From: Nitrospirota bacterium | GTDB taxonomy: Bacteria; Nitrospirota; Nitrospiria; Nitrospirales; Nitrospiraceae | Length of the DNA: 64,000 nucleotides | Reading direction: 5' to 3' | Assembly (NCBI GenBank): GCA_963701855.1 | Contig: CAVPBK010000006.1 | Location: 832,001 to 896,000 of the forward strand | Part shown: in pieces, positions 39,573-50,302 of the stretch | How positions within the stretch are numbered: position 1 is the first letter of the stretch | How the letters are laid out: every line of letters starts with the position of its first letter | Notes under the pieces: generated by a model | Database searches by the model: none | Seen by the model: only the letters and a program-made list of their open reading frames with translations | What the model was told of the DNA's origin: nothing | Translations under genes and position numbers: made by a program

Positions 39573-40988
39573 TTAAGTGTGCGAGGCCCGCTTGATCCCC
39601 TGGCGAAGCCGAAACAGCGTCCGATCTCGCCCCAATACCTCCATCACGTCGAAAAGGCCCGGGCTGGCGGTGCGACCGGTCAGGGCAACGCGAACCGGCT
39701 GGGCCAGCTGCCCCATCTTCACCCCCTCTTCCTCGACCAGCTGCTTGAAGGCCTCTTCCCATTGCTGTTTTGAAAAGACAGGGAAAGCCTCGAAGCGAGT
39801 GAGCAATTTGCTGAGGATCGGCGCGATGGCCGGCGTCAAAAACTTCTTCGCCGCCTCTTCGTCACATGTCACAGCCTGCCCAAAATACGGCCTCACCCAA
39901 TCAACCATCTCCACGAGCGTTTTCGCCCGTTCCTTCACAAGGACGACGAGTTGCGCAAGCCAGCCGTCCGAGACAGCCTGACATTCCTCTGTTAATCCTT
40001 TTGCTTCCAGAAGAGGAACCAATGCTTGAGCAACCTGGGTCGGCGGACTGATCTTAATGTATTCAGAATTGACCCAGAGGAGTTTCTCGGGGTTGAACAC
40101 AGCTGCGGACGTTTGAACGTTCTTCCAGGAAAATTTCTCGATCAGATCCTGGCGAGTGAAGAGTTCCTGGTCTCCGTGTGACCACCCAAGCCGAACGAGA
40201 TAATTCACCATAGCATCCGGTAGATATCCCATGTCTTTATAGGCCATGATCGAGGTGGCCCCATGCCGCTTCGAAAGACGGGCTTTGTCCGGACCTAGAA
40301 TCATTGGCAGATGCCCGAACTGAGGGGCTGGAAACCCCAGCGCATGAAAGATTGGGACCTGCCTCGGTGTATTCGTCAGGTGATCGTCTCCCCGCACCAC
40401 ATGGGTGATCTGCATCAGCGCATCATCGACCACTACTGAAAAGTTGTATGTCGGGTAACCGTTCGAACGGAGAATGATCAGATCGTCCTGCACGACGTTA
40501 TCGAAGACAATCTTGCCCTTGATGAGATCGTCGACTACCGTCTCTCCCTCTTGCGGCGCCTTGAAACGTAGGGCCGCGTCACCGGTTTGATTTGTGAGGC
40601 CACGATCGCGGCAACGGCCGTCGTATTTCTGCGACAGTCCTTTGGCCTCAGCTTCCTTACGCCGCGCGTCGAGCTCTTCCGCTTTGCAGACACACCAATA
40701 GGCATGGCCATTTTCAAGAAGCTGCTTCGCATGACTGCTGTAGAGATCCATCCGTTCGGTCTGACGAAATGGGCCTTCATCCCAATCAAGCCCTACCCAT
40801 TTCATGCCTTCGATGATGGCCTGGATCGATTCGTCCGTCGACCGACTCTGATCCGTATCCTCAATACGGAGAATGAAAACCCCCTTCTGCTGGCGGGCAA
40901 ACAGCCAATTAAATAGAGCCGTGCGGACCCCTCCAATATGGAGAAACCCGGTCGGACTGGGTGCGAAGCGCACACGAACTTGTGTCAT
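39573..40988 (-). CDS. gltX: Glutamate--tRNA ligase
   Basis: RFAPSPTGFLHIGG, LRIEDTD, RGDDH, LSKRHG. Confidence 0.97.
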   Translation of the reverse strand: MTQVRVRFAPSPTGFLHIGGVRTALFNWLFARQQKGVFILRIEDTDQSRSTDESIQAIIEGMKWVGLDWDEGPFRQTERMDLYSSHAKQLLENGHAYWCVCKAEELDARRKEAEAKGLSQKYDGRCRDRGLTNQTGDAALRFKAPQEGETVVDDLIKGKIVFDNVVQDDLIILRSNGYPTYNFSVVVDDALMQITHVVRGDDHLTNTPRQVPIFHALGFPAPQFGHLPMILGPDKARLSKRHGATSIMAYKDMGYLPDAMVNYLVRLGWSHGDQELFTRQDLIEKFSWKNVQTSAAVFNPEKLLWVNSEYIKISPPTQVAQALVPLLEAKGLTEECQAVSDGWLAQLVVLVKERAKTLVEMVDWVRPYFGQAVTCDEEAAKKFLTPAIAPILSKLLTRFEAFPVFSKQQWEEAFKQLVEEEGVKMGQLAQPVRVALTGRTASPGLFDVMEVLGRDRTLFRLRQGIKRASHT

Positions 40989-41126
40989 ACTGGGCTCCCG
41001 TGTAAGTTCAGTCGAAAGCCGGCATCTCTATAGCATGCACGGAAAACTGTTGTACAGAATCGGACGACTCATGGCTCTTTCAACTGGGCCAGCCTTCTGA
41101 TAAGAGAGCAGGAAAGAGATCGCGTT

Positions 41127-41831
41127 ATGGCCGAACTCACGCATGAAGCAGCGGTGCTCTCGGTGAATGATCTCACCCCCCACGTTCGCCAGCTTGTACT
41201 TCTTCCTACCGTTCAGAACATTGCGTTTCATCCAGGCCAATGGGTTTCACTCAAACTGCCGGTCGGTGCCAAACCACCTCTCAATCGGGCGTATTCAATG
41301 GCAGCGCCGGGCACCCCGTCAGGTGAGTTGATCTTAATCTTTGATCGCGTACCGAGTGGCGTGGGATCGAACTATCTCTACACACTCAAACCCGGTGATG
41401 ACACACAGCTTTCAGGCCCCTATGGTAATTTTACGCTTCCGATGCTTCTTGATCGAGAATTGCTCCTGATTGCCCGTTACACCGGCCTCGTCCCGATCCG
41501 CTGCATGTTAAAGCATCTCTATGCACAACGACAGACGGCGACCATTCTCCTTATTGCCGTTGCCCCTGCGGAGGAAGAGCTGCTCTTTCATCAGGAACTA
41601 CTCACGCTGGCCATAACCCATCCAGGGTTTCGCTACCTTCCATTGGTGGCCGCTGGAGGGGAGCAGCAAGGTGTCGACCTCACGCTCTCCATGCTCAGGC
41701 CGTTGATTGAGGGAGCGCCGAAAGTCATCCCGATGCTCTGTGGCACGAAAGGCTTTGTGCGACCGTTGCGAGCCTATTTTGTGGAGGCGGGATATGACCG
41801 GAAAGCAGTGAAAACCGAGACCTATGATTAG
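41127..41831 (+). CDS. FAD-binding ferredoxin-reductase-like oxidoreductase
   Basis: FHPGQW, RAYSMA, GVGSNYL, SGPYGNF, LCG. Confidence 0.82.
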   Translation: MAELTHEAAVLSVNDLTPHVRQLVLLPTVQNIAFHPGQWVSLKLPVGAKPPLNRAYSMAAPGTPSGELILIFDRVPSGVGSNYLYTLKPGDDTQLSGPYGNFTLPMLLDRELLLIARYTGLVPIRCMLKHLYAQRQTATILLIAVAPAEEELLFHQELLTLAITHPGFRYLPLVAAGGEQQGVDLTLSMLRPLIEGAPKVIPMLCGTKGFVRPLRAYFVEAGYDRKAVKTETYD

Positions 41832-42244
41832 TGACCTTCTTTAACGAGATTCTTATTGACCGCTGGAATTTCAACCACAATATCTTTCGTGCCATTTGGC
41901 ACACATTGGCAACCAAGCCGTGACTGCAACGTGGTGATCGGCGCTTCTTCCAGCTGGTCAAATTCATCGTCTGTGCCTTCATTACAACTCTCAAGCCCTT
42001 GTTTCACGATGACGTGGCAAGTTGAACAGGCACAGACGCCCCCGCAAACATGTTCCAATGCAACGCCGTTGCCCATCGCCACGTCTAGGAGACTCCCTGG
42101 GAGCCCCGTCGGGCCGTAGGGGATCTTGGTTGGATCGACCTCAACCTTTGTCACCACACCGCCAGGGGCAATAAAGGTGACGGTATAGGATACTTGAGGA
42201 AGCTCGTAATCAGTTTTTTGAATATAGGGATTGGTCCCGCCCAT
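41828..42244 (-). CDS. fdx: [2Fe-2S] ferredoxin, ISC type
   Basis: HVCGGVCACSTCHV...SRLGCQ. Confidence 0.92.
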   Translation of the reverse strand: MGGTNPYIQKTDYELPQVSYTVTFIAPGGVVTKVEVDPTKIPYGPTGLPGSLLDVAMGNGVALEHVCGGVCACSTCHVIVKQGLESCNEGTDDEFDQLEEAPITTLQSRLGCQCVPNGTKDIVVEIPAVNKNLVKEGH

Positions 42245-42288
42245 ATGCCCGTTCCTTTCTCAGCCAGGCCTAACCTTATTTCCCATTC

Positions 42289-42343
42289 TTGACAGCTCAG
42301 AAACCTGCGTGCTATTCTTAGTCCGACCTTATTGATCGGAGAC
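42289..42343 (+). promoter_or_regulatory. isc sigma70 promoter with a putative IscR/Rrf2 operator
   Basis: TTGACA-18 nt-TATTCT with extended TG; TCCGA-9 nt-TCGGA dyad like a type-1 IscR site. Confidence 0.6.
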
Positions 42344-42379
42344 CATTATAGTCTCCGACCGTGGAGATCGGCAATAGCA

Positions 42380-42853
42380 ATGTTGAAGATTTCGAAAAAA
42401 GCAGATTATGCCCTCATGGCCCTTCAGCACATCGCTGCTGTTCAGTTCGGCGACGTAACGCCTGGACGCGTTGTGAATACAAAGGAGATCGCGGAAGAAT
42501 ATAACATCCCCCTCGAGCTGCTGGCCAAAGTGCTCCAGACGCTTGCCAAAAATGCACTGATCGAGAGTCATAATGGTCCCAAGGGAGGATACGTGCTGGC
42601 CCGCCGCGCGCACCAGATTACGATCGCACAAATTCTCGAAAGCATCGAGGGCCCCTTGGGGATCACCGATTGTTCGCACGAGAAAGATGGAGAGTTCTGC
42701 ATGCAGCGAGAAAATTGCCATATCCGCACACCGCTTTTGAAAGTCCAAGACAGCATCGCCCAATTGCTGAATAACATGACCCTGCAAGACATGATGGGTG
42801 GCACACCCCTCATTACGATTCAGTCTCCCGCGGCACAAGGAGTCGAACGATGA
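42380..42853 (+). CDS. iscR: Rrf2-family regulator IscR
   Basis: KADYAL, GPKGGY, three Cys; heads the isc operon. Confidence 0.85.
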   Translation: MLKISKKADYALMALQHIAAVQFGDVTPGRVVNTKEIAEEYNIPLELLAKVLQTLAKNALIESHNGPKGGYVLARRAHQITIAQILESIEGPLGITDCSHEKDGEFCMQRENCHIRTPLLKVQDSIAQLLNNMTLQDMMGGTPLITIQSPAAQGVER

Positions 42854-44067
42854 AACTGCCGATTTTTTTAGACAACCATTCCACCACACCGATGGATCCA
42901 CGTGTATTGGAGGCCATGCTTCCCTATTTCGTCGAGAAATTTGGGAACGCGGCCAGCCGCAACCATGCCTTCGGATGGGCCGCAGAGGAAGCCGTCGAAC
43001 AGGCCAGGAAGCAAATCGCAAAGCTGATCAAGGCCGATCCGAAAGAGATCGTCTTTACGAGCGGTGCCACGGAATCGGATAATCTCGCGATCAAGGGCGT
43101 GTTGGAAATGTACAAAGAGAAAGGCGACCACATTATTACGTCATCCACCGAACACCGTGCTGTGCTCGATACTGTCAAATCGTTAGAGGGAAAAGGCAAA
43201 GCGGCAGTCACCTATCTCCCCGTCGATAAATTTGGGATGGTGAATCCCGAGGATGTGCGGAAAGCCATTACAGAGAAGACGATCCTCATCTCCATTATGT
43301 TGGCGAACAATGAAATCGGCACGATCAACCCCGTCAAAGAAATCGGTAAGATCGCCAAGGAAAAGGGCATCCTCTTTCACTGCGATGCGACGCAAGGCGT
43401 CGGCAAGATCCCGGTCGATGTGCTGGATATGGGTATCGATCTGATGTCGTTCTCGGCCCATAAGATCTACGGACCCAAGGGGGTTGGGGCCCTCTACGTG
43501 AGAAAAAAGAATCCTCGAGTTCGCATCGCAGCGCAAATGGATGGCGGCGGGCACGAGCGCGGCATGCGCTCTGGAACGCTCCCGGTGCCATTAATTGTTG
43601 GATTCGGCAAGGCCTGCGAACTGTGCGAGGAGGAGATGGCCAAAGACACCGTGCGGTTGATCGCGATGCGCGATCGACTGGAAGCCAGTATCATGAAAGC
43701 CCTCGAAGAAAGCTATCTGAATGGCCACCCGACAAATCGGCTTCCCGGCAACCTCAATATCTCCTTTGCCTATGTGGAAGGCGAGTCGTTGCTGATGGGC
43801 ATGAAGGATATTGCCCTCTCGTCCGGTTCGGCCTGTACCTCGGCCACACTGGAACCCTCCTACGTACTCCGCGCGTTGGGAGTCGGGACAGAGCTGGCAC
43901 ATTCCTCAATCCGTTTCGGTCTGGGCCGTTTCAACACAGACGATGAGATCGACTATACGATCAAGAAAGTGATTGAGATCGTCACCAAGTTGCGTGAAAT
44001 GTCCCCGCTGTACGAGATGGCAAAAGAAGGCGTCGATTTGAAATCAGTCCAATGGGCTGCCCACTGA
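42850..44067 (+). CDS. iscS: Cysteine desulfurase
   Basis: [24 protein letters not shown]. Confidence 0.97.
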   Translation: MKLPIFLDNHSTTPMDPRVLEAMLPYFVEKFGNAASRNHAFGWAAEEAVEQARKQIAKLIKADPKEIVFTSGATESDNLAIKGVLEMYKEKGDHIITSSTEHRAVLDTVKSLEGKGKAAVTYLPVDKFGMVNPEDVRKAITEKTILISIMLANNEIGTINPVKEIGKIAKEKGILFHCDATQGVGKIPVDVLDMGIDLMSFSAHKIYGPKGVGALYVRKKNPRVRIAAQMDGGGHERGMRSGTLPVPLIVGFGKACELCEEEMAKDTVRLIAMRDRLEASIMKALEESYLNGHPTNRLPGNLNISFAYVEGESLLMGMKDIALSSGSACTSATLEPSYVLRALGVGTELAHSSIRFGLGRFNTDDEIDYTIKKVIEIVTKLREMSPLYEMAKEGVDLKSVQWAAH

Positions 44068-44094
44068 CCCGGATAGTCAAGAGGAGGATGAACC

Positions 44095-44493
44095 ATGGCT
44101 TACAGTGACAAAGTCGTCGATCATTTCAATAACCCCCGTAATATGGGGAGCTTCAAGAAGGACGAGGAAGGGGTCGGCACCGGTATGGTCGGAGCCCCGG
44201 AGTGTGGCAACGTCATGAAGCTTCAAATCAAGGTGCAGAACGATACGATCGTGGACGCGAAGTTCAAAACCTTCGGCTGCGGCTCCGCAATCGCCAGCTC
44301 GAGCCTCGCCACCGAGTGGTTGAAGGGCAAGACCATCGAAGAAGCCCAGAAGATCAAGAACACCGACATCGTGCAGGAGTTGAACCTGCCACCCGTGAAG
44401 ATCCATTGCTCCGTGCTCGCCGAAGATGCAATCAAGGCCGCCCTCGCGGACTACCAAAAGAAAGCTGATGGGGCACTGGTCGACGCGAAGTAA
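44095..44493 (+). CDS. iscU: Fe-S scaffold IscU
   Basis: GAPECG, FGCGSA, LPPVKIHC. Confidence 0.96.
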   Translation: MAYSDKVVDHFNNPRNMGSFKKDEEGVGTGMVGAPECGNVMKLQIKVQNDTIVDAKFKTFGCGSAIASSSLATEWLKGKTIEEAQKIKNTDIVQELNLPPVKIHCSVLAEDAIKAALADYQKKADGALVDAK

Positions 44494-44514
44494 CGCGAAC
44501 AAAGGGAGTGCGCT

Positions 44515-44871
44515 ATGGATACGACGAACGCGGAAATTCAAGCTCCGGTGATTACGCTTAGCGAGGCGGCACTGAAGGAAGTGAAACGGCTCATCAACGT
44601 GCAGGGCCTCACGGAAGGGGGGCTCCGACTTGGCGTGAAGGGCGGCGGCTGCTCAGGCCTCAGCTACACGATCAACTTCGATGAAAAGATCGGGCCGCAC
44701 GACCAGATCCATGACTTCGATGGCGTGAAGGTCATTGTCGACGCCAAGAGCGCAATCTACCTTCAAGGCACGCAGTTGGATTTCCAAAAAGACCTGATGG
44801 GCGGCAACTTCAAATTCGTCAATCCGAATGCCGACAAGACCTGTGGTTGCGGAGAGTCCTTCTCAGCATAA
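44515..44871 (+). CDS. iscA: A-type Fe-S carrier IscA
   Basis: GGCSG, CGCGESF. Confidence 0.93.
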   Translation: MDTTNAEIQAPVITLSEAALKEVKRLINVQGLTEGGLRLGVKGGGCSGLSYTINFDEKIGPHDQIHDFDGVKVIVDAKSAIYLQGTQLDFQKDLMGGNFKFVNPNADKTCGCGESFSA

Positions 44872-44948
44872 CGAGTGTCAACAGAGCATTGTGACCGTCC
44901 ACGGGCATGGCAGGTTGCCATGCCCGTCTTGTCAGAAGAGGTAGCGAG

Positions 44949-45665
44949 ATGGACCATCAACACACCCACAGCGCAAGCCATCGAGAGCTGCAGATGGCTC
45001 GCAGCATGTGCTGGCACTGCCAGTCTGAAGTATCCGGTGAGTACTTCTGTGACCGGTGCGTCAAGGTCCAGCCGGTTTCAAAAGAACTCGATTACTTCAC
45101 CTGCATGGGCTTCCCCCGCCGCCTCACAATCGATCCGCGTCAACTGGAAGCCAAGTTCTACGAATTGAGCCGCGCATTCCACCCTGATTTTTTTCAGAAT
45201 AAGAGCGCGGAAGAACAGGCCATCAGCCTCGGCAATTCAGCGATGTTGAACACCGCCTACCGCACGCTTCGCGATCCAATTCAACGGGCCGAGTATCTAC
45301 TGGACCTGGAGGCCGGCGCCGTGAAAGACATTCGGACTTCACCCCCGGCGGACCTGTTCGAGGAAATCCTCGAACTTCAAGACACGCTGGACGAGTACCG
45401 CGCTGCCGATCGTGCCTCAGACACCGCAGCCACACTCTGCGCTAAACTTCAGGCGGAACGCACGACGCTCGAACGGCGCCAACAGGACATGGAGACCGAT
45501 TTACAACAGCTCTGCACACAATGGGACGCTCTCCAAGACCGCAGCGAAGCGACTGACCAAACTCGCGCCGAACGCGATCGGATTCTCAAGCACATGCGAG
45601 ACATCTTGTCGAATCGCACCTACGTGAAGAACATCGTCAACGACCTCGTCGCCACCATCTCCTAA
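44949..45665 (+). CDS. hscB: Co-chaperone HscB with N-terminal tetra-Cys domain
   Basis: CWHC...CDRC, HPD J-domain, RAEYLL. Confidence 0.92.
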   Translation: MDHQHTHSASHRELQMARSMCWHCQSEVSGEYFCDRCVKVQPVSKELDYFTCMGFPRRLTIDPRQLEAKFYELSRAFHPDFFQNKSAEEQAISLGNSAMLNTAYRTLRDPIQRAEYLLDLEAGAVKDIRTSPPADLFEEILELQDTLDEYRAADRASDTAATLCAKLQAERTTLERRQQDMETDLQQLCTQWDALQDRSEATDQTRAERDRILKHMRDILSNRTYVKNIVNDLVATIS

Positions 45666-45670
45666 TTACT

Positions 45671-47491
45671 ATGGCTCGTATCGTCGGCATCGACCTCGGC
45701 ACGACCAATTCATTGGTCGCCTATATGGACAGGGGAACCCCGCGCGTGATCGCGGGGCGGAACGAGCGTAATATGGTGCCCTCCGTCGTTGCCATGACCG
45801 ACAACGGTCTCATCGTCGGCGACTCCGCCAAAGAGCACCTGACCCGCAATCCCGCCCGCACAGTCTATTCCGTGAAACGTTTCATGGGTAAGAGCCTGGC
45901 CGATGTGCAAAGTGAGCTCGCCTACTTTCCCTATACATTAACAGAACAGGGCGGGGTGATCCGCTTCAAACTCGGCGAGAAAACCTATTCACCGCCGCAG
46001 ATTTCAGCCATGATTCTCAAAGAGCTGAAACTCAGGGCCGAAATGCACTTGAGCGAAAGCATTACCAAGGCTGTCATCACTGTCCCGGCCTATTTCAACG
46101 ACAGCCAGCGACAAGCCACTAAAGACGCCGGCATGATCGCCGGTCTTGAGGTGCTGCGGATCATTAATGAACCGACAGCCGCCTCGCTCGCCTATGGGCT
46201 CCAAGAAAAGACTCAGGGCACGATCGCCGTTTACGATCTTGGAGGCGGCACCTTCGACATTTCGATTTTGAAGCTGAAGGACGGGATTTTCGAAGTCTTG
46301 GCCACCAACGGCGACACCCATCTGGGTGGCGACGACTTCGACCGGCTGATCGCCGATCTGTTCCTGGAAGAAATTCGTGAACGACATGGCCTCGATCTCC
46401 ACACCTATCCCGACCATATGCAGGCCGTCCGCTTGGAAGCCGAACGCACAAAGATTCGACTCTCTGATGTGCTGAAAACAACGGCAACTCTCGACCTGCC
46501 TGACGGCAAAGGGAGATTTACAAGGGAGCTGACGAGAGATCAGCTCGAATCCCTGGCGATGAGCCTGATCGAACGCACGCTGGCTCCCTGCCGCAAGGCG
46601 CTCAAAGACTCAGAACTCACTCCCGAGCACATTGATGAAGTGGTGCTTGTCGGAGGGTCCACACGCATGCCGCTCGTTCGACAACGTGTTCAGGAATTGT
46701 TCGGGAAGACACCGCACTGCGAGCTGAATCCAGATGAAGTTGTGGCACTCGGCGCGGCCGTGCAAGCCGATATTTTGAGCGGCGGCACTACCGACATGCT
46801 GTTGCTGGACGTCACCCCCTTATCACTCGGCATCGAAACGATGGGCGGCGTGATGAGCAGCGTGATCCGACGAAATACGACCATTCCAGCCGGCGCAAAA
46901 GAGATGTTCACAACTTACGTGGACGGCCAAACCGGTGTGGATATTCACATTCTTCAAGGCGAGCGTGAGCTAGCAAAAGACAATCGAAGCCTGGCGCGAT
47001 TCAGGCTCAAGGTGCCGCCCTTGCCCGCTGGTGTGCCACGTATCGAAGTTACGTTCTTGATTGATGCAAACGGCATTCTCAACGTACTGGCGAAGGACAT
47101 GCGGACGGGGCAAAGCCAGTCTATCGAGGTCAAGCCGTCCTATGGTTTGTCGGACAGTGAAGTGGAGCAAATGATCGAAGATTCATTCAAGTTTGCAACG
47201 GATGATGTCTCCGCCCGCAAGTTGATCGAAGCGCGACTGGATGCCGGTGCAATGATTACGGCGACAGAGAAATCTCTCCTGGAGGGAGGCCACCTCATCG
47301 CATCAGACAACATTGCCGCCACTCGTACCGCACTGGCGGCTCTGTCCGTTGCCAAAGACGGCACAGATCCGCGCGCCATCCGTGCACGCATGGCGGATCT
47401 CGAACAAGTCGCAAAGCCTCTGACCGTCGCGCTCTTGAACGATTCACTCACGAAAGGGCTGCAGGGGAAAAAGGTCTCTGAGGTCACGTAG
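45671..47491 (+). CDS. hscA: Fe-S chaperone HscA (Hsp70)
   Basis: [24 protein letters not shown]; isc context. Confidence 0.93.
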   Translation: MARIVGIDLGTTNSLVAYMDRGTPRVIAGRNERNMVPSVVAMTDNGLIVGDSAKEHLTRNPARTVYSVKRFMGKSLADVQSELAYFPYTLTEQGGVIRFKLGEKTYSPPQISAMILKELKLRAEMHLSESITKAVITVPAYFNDSQRQATKDAGMIAGLEVLRIINEPTAASLAYGLQEKTQGTIAVYDLGGGTFDISILKLKDGIFEVLATNGDTHLGGDDFDRLIADLFLEEIRERHGLDLHTYPDHMQAVRLEAERTKIRLSDVLKTTATLDLPDGKGRFTRELTRDQLESLAMSLIERTLAPCRKALKDSELTPEHIDEVVLVGGSTRMPLVRQRVQELFGKTPHCELNPDEVVALGAAVQADILSGGTTDMLLLDVTPLSLGIETMGGVMSSVIRRNTTIPAGAKEMFTTYVDGQTGVDIHILQGERELAKDNRSLARFRLKVPPLPAGVPRIEVTFLIDANGILNVLAKDMRTGQSQSIEVKPSYGLSDSEVEQMIEDSFKFATDDVSARKLIEARLDAGAMITATEKSLLEGGHLIASDNIAATRTALAALSVAKDGTDPRAIRARMADLEQVAKPLTVALLNDSLTKGLQGKKVSEVT

Positions 47492-47546
47492 CGACGATCC
47501 CGTACCGATGCCGTGGACGACTTACGACGGAACATGAGGAGTGAAT

Positions 47547-47759
47547 ATGGATCTGAAGTGGCAGGATACTGAAGATATTGCTATCCGTTTGGTCGAAGAA
47601 CATCCTGAGATGGACCCGCTCACGGTCCGATTCACTGACATGCACGCCTGGATCGTGGCGCTCCCCGACTTCAAGGACGATCCAAAAAAATCGAACGAGA
47701 AAATCCTCGAAGCGATCCAAATGGCCTGGCACGAAGAATACCAGGATTCGAAATCCTGA
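47547..47759 (+). CDS. iscX: Fe-S assembly protein IscX
   Basis: LKWQD...VRFTDMH.WI...NEKILEAIQMAW. Confidence 0.92.
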   Translation: MDLKWQDTEDIAIRLVEEHPEMDPLTVRFTDMHAWIVALPDFKDDPKKSNEKILEAIQMAWHEEYQDSKS

Positions 47760-48013
47760 TTTGTTGAACTTCCCACCTCGAAGTTATACTGAATTGCTGA
47801 TGCATCCACCAATAGTGCTTCAGCAACCTGCGAGCATCCTACAACCTGTAACCCATTGTAATTCCAGTGCAATTAATCGTGGTCCGATGTGACAGGCGAG
47901 GGAGCAGCCCTCTCCGCAGAACCAGGGTTCCCCCTCCCTTTGGGGCATTGTGGAACAACAGAGGATTCGGCGATAAATAGGGCCGATTTGATGATTGAGC
48001 TGGAGCTTCTCCG

Positions 48014-48238
48014 ATGTCAAAAATCTTGAACCTGAGCGCGCACACGAGTGACGATGAATTGCAGCACATCACGAACTTGCTGCTCTTTCACCTGGTTGAG
48101 CGATGTGGCGGACAGATTCAGTTTAAGATGGAGGATGCCCATCGGGTTCGTGAAAGCCTGACGACCAAGATGGTGCAAATGCAGGTGGGAGAAGAGGTAC
48201 GGTTGAGAATTATCGATCGCCTGCCGGAACTTTCCTAA
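48014..48238 (+). CDS. Small hypothetical protein
   Basis: 74-aa ORF with GGAG RBS. Confidence 0.6.
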   Translation: MSKILNLSAHTSDDELQHITNLLLFHLVERCGGQIQFKMEDAHRVRESLTTKMVQMQVGEEVRLRIIDRLPELS

Positions 48239-48289
48239 ACTTCCAATCGACTTCAGTTATCGTTCTGCCTAGCCACAGGCGCGTGCTCC

Positions 48290-48476
48290 AGCAGGATGCT
48301 GAAAAATTCCGCCAGCGGCGTTCTCGCTTCGCTCAGAAGCTCAACGTACCGAAGCGTACGGCCCTTCGCCTCTTCGCTCGTTGCGGCCTTGCTGGACGGC
48401 CTTTTTGAGCATCCTGCGCGGTGTTCTTCTGTTGCCCTAGATGTGAGGGCCATTGAACTTCTACCGTGCCACAGAG
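48290..48476. repeat. MITE/REP-like repeat, copy C
   Basis: GCAGGATGCTGAAAAA...TTTTTGAGCATCCTGC (48291-48417), internally palindromic, plus a tail similar to that of copy B. Confidence 0.8.
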
Positions 48477-48722
48477 GATGACCGCCGCCGTACCTGTCGG
48501 ATTGATCCCCCGATCTCTGCCGGGCGGAATCCTTCGGACTCCCTAGCGACTCGGTCAGTTTCCGTGTTCCTTCGTGACAGAGCCTCGATAGGTCCCCGTT
48601 CCCTTCATAACATCGTGCAGGCAAGCAACCAGCTGCTTGTTGCTCAGAGATGGTATATGAAAGAATGGCTGGGCTGGCCAGTTAGATACGATTGAGTATT
48701 CAGGCCTTACTGGAGGTGAGCC

Positions 48723-49763
48723 ATGAGAGTTTCGGTAAGTTCCTCAGAAGTAAATGAAGGGTTATCTAAACTGCACAAGTACCTGAAAAGTGGACTTGGG
48801 AGTCCCGTTATGCAGATGTGGAACTTCCCAGGGGGAGGTGGTGAGAAGTTGCCAACTTGGCACAGAAAGGGAAGCGATCCTCTGACTGTGGCAATCGGCT
48901 CCAATAAAATCTGGAAAACTCGCACGCCAATTTTAATCTCACGAAAACCCCTCAAGTCTGTAATGGTGCCAGATGTCGAAGTCAATATTCCTACGGCTAA
49001 TAGAAATCCTAATCGCAGCGTAAACGGTTGCTTCTGTATAGCAGGTCCCGGTTCATTTGTTTTATGTCATCGAGGCAACGGATTTACCATCGCCAAGAGC
49101 AGGATACCGAAGGACAGGGTCCATGAACATTTTGAAAAATGGCGAGTGAAGATTCAGGATTCAGAAGTCGAATCCTGGGTGATTCCGGTTGGACCAGTAA
49201 ACTCTGACATTGTAGATCAACTCTCAACGTTTACAGATGAGGTGCTTGGTCTTAAGGAAAGCTGGACCGGGCAAAGTCGGGGAGCCAATGCAACGCACCG
49301 CTGGAGAGATAAACTACGTTTTCCAAAAAAGATTGAAAGAATAGTAACCGCTTCAAGTATCTCACAGGAGTATCGCCATGGACCGATCCAGGCTGCGCTA
49401 AAAAGAAAACTTCTTGAAGTTTTGGACCGGAGTCGTTGCCGAGTTGTATTAGACAACAAAATTGATTTAGGGATACTCCAAGGCAACAAATTGGTTTCGA
49501 TATTCGAGATAAAGACAGACCTGGGCGATCAACTCTATGCGGGGATCGGTCAATTGATTGTCTATCGACATTACTTTGGGAACACAGAGACGAGGCTATT
49601 CCTAGTTGTTCCTGCAGATGTTAGGAAAACCGGCGATCTCTCCGAGGTCGAAACTCTTCTCGGCAAGGTGGGAATCAACTGTTTGATCCGCGACGGCAAT
49701 AACATTTATCAGGTCAATGGCAAGTCATTGGTTAATGCACTCTCAAAGCAATGGCTTAAGTAG
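48723..49763 (+). CDS. Putative PD-(D/E)XK nuclease (restriction-endonuclease-like)
   Basis: C-terminal H..IQ..L...IDL...IFEIKT...AGIGQLIVY; GGAGG RBS; visibly AT-richer than flanks. Confidence 0.65.
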   Translation: MRVSVSSSEVNEGLSKLHKYLKSGLGSPVMQMWNFPGGGGEKLPTWHRKGSDPLTVAIGSNKIWKTRTPILISRKPLKSVMVPDVEVNIPTANRNPNRSVNGCFCIAGPGSFVLCHRGNGFTIAKSRIPKDRVHEHFEKWRVKIQDSEVESWVIPVGPVNSDIVDQLSTFTDEVLGLKESWTGQSRGANATHRWRDKLRFPKKIERIVTASSISQEYRHGPIQAALKRKLLEVLDRSRCRVVLDNKIDLGILQGNKLVSIFEIKTDLGDQLYAGIGQLIVYRHYFGNTETRLFLVVPADVRKTGDLSEVETLLGKVGINCLIRDGNNIYQVNGKSLVNALSKQWLK

Positions 49764-49789
49764 GATAACGGGGAAAGGCTGACATTTTA

Positions 49790-50200
49790 GTGTTGCACAT
49801 CTCATCACACGTCACCATACCCGACTCTGAGATCGACATCCATGCGATGCGTTCTCAGGGTGCCGGTGGACAGAACGTGAACAAAGTCTCGTCCGCGATT
49901 CATTTACAGTTCGATATTTCTGGCTCGTCATTGCCTCCGTTCTATAAGGAAGAATTGTTGAAATTAAAAGATCACCGCATCTCAGAAGAGGGCGTAATCA
50001 CCATTAAGGCCCAGCAGTATCGGAGCCAGGAGCAGAATCGAGAAGATGCACTCACACGATTGATCGAACTCATTCGGAGCGTGGCTATCCCGCGCAAGAA
50101 GCGCAGAGCCACGAAGCCGACGAAGGGTTCGAAGCAACGGCGGTTGGAGAGTAAGACGAAGCGGGGGAAGTTAAAAACCCTCAGGCGAACGCTGGAGTAG
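49790..50200 (+). CDS. arfB: Alternative ribosome rescue factor B
   Basis: GAGGQNVNK, RSQEQNR, basic C-tail. Confidence 0.93.
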   Translation: MLHISSHVTIPDSEIDIHAMRSQGAGGQNVNKVSSAIHLQFDISGSSLPPFYKEELLKLKDHRISEEGVITIKAQQYRSQEQNREDALTRLIELIRSVAIPRKKRRATKPTKGSKQRRLESKTKRGKLKTLRRTLE

Positions 50201-50302
50201 GGTAGGGGCGTCAATCGTCATTCGTTAAACGGGAAGAAACCGATGATTTTTTGTGCTGTTGCTGTACTGCGATTGACGGATGACGATTGACGTTATGACG
50301 AA

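Noticed and set aside
48681..49790. Nuclease gene as a stray integron cassette (GTTAGAT upstream)
   Set aside because: No RYYYAAC or attC palindrome after the stop
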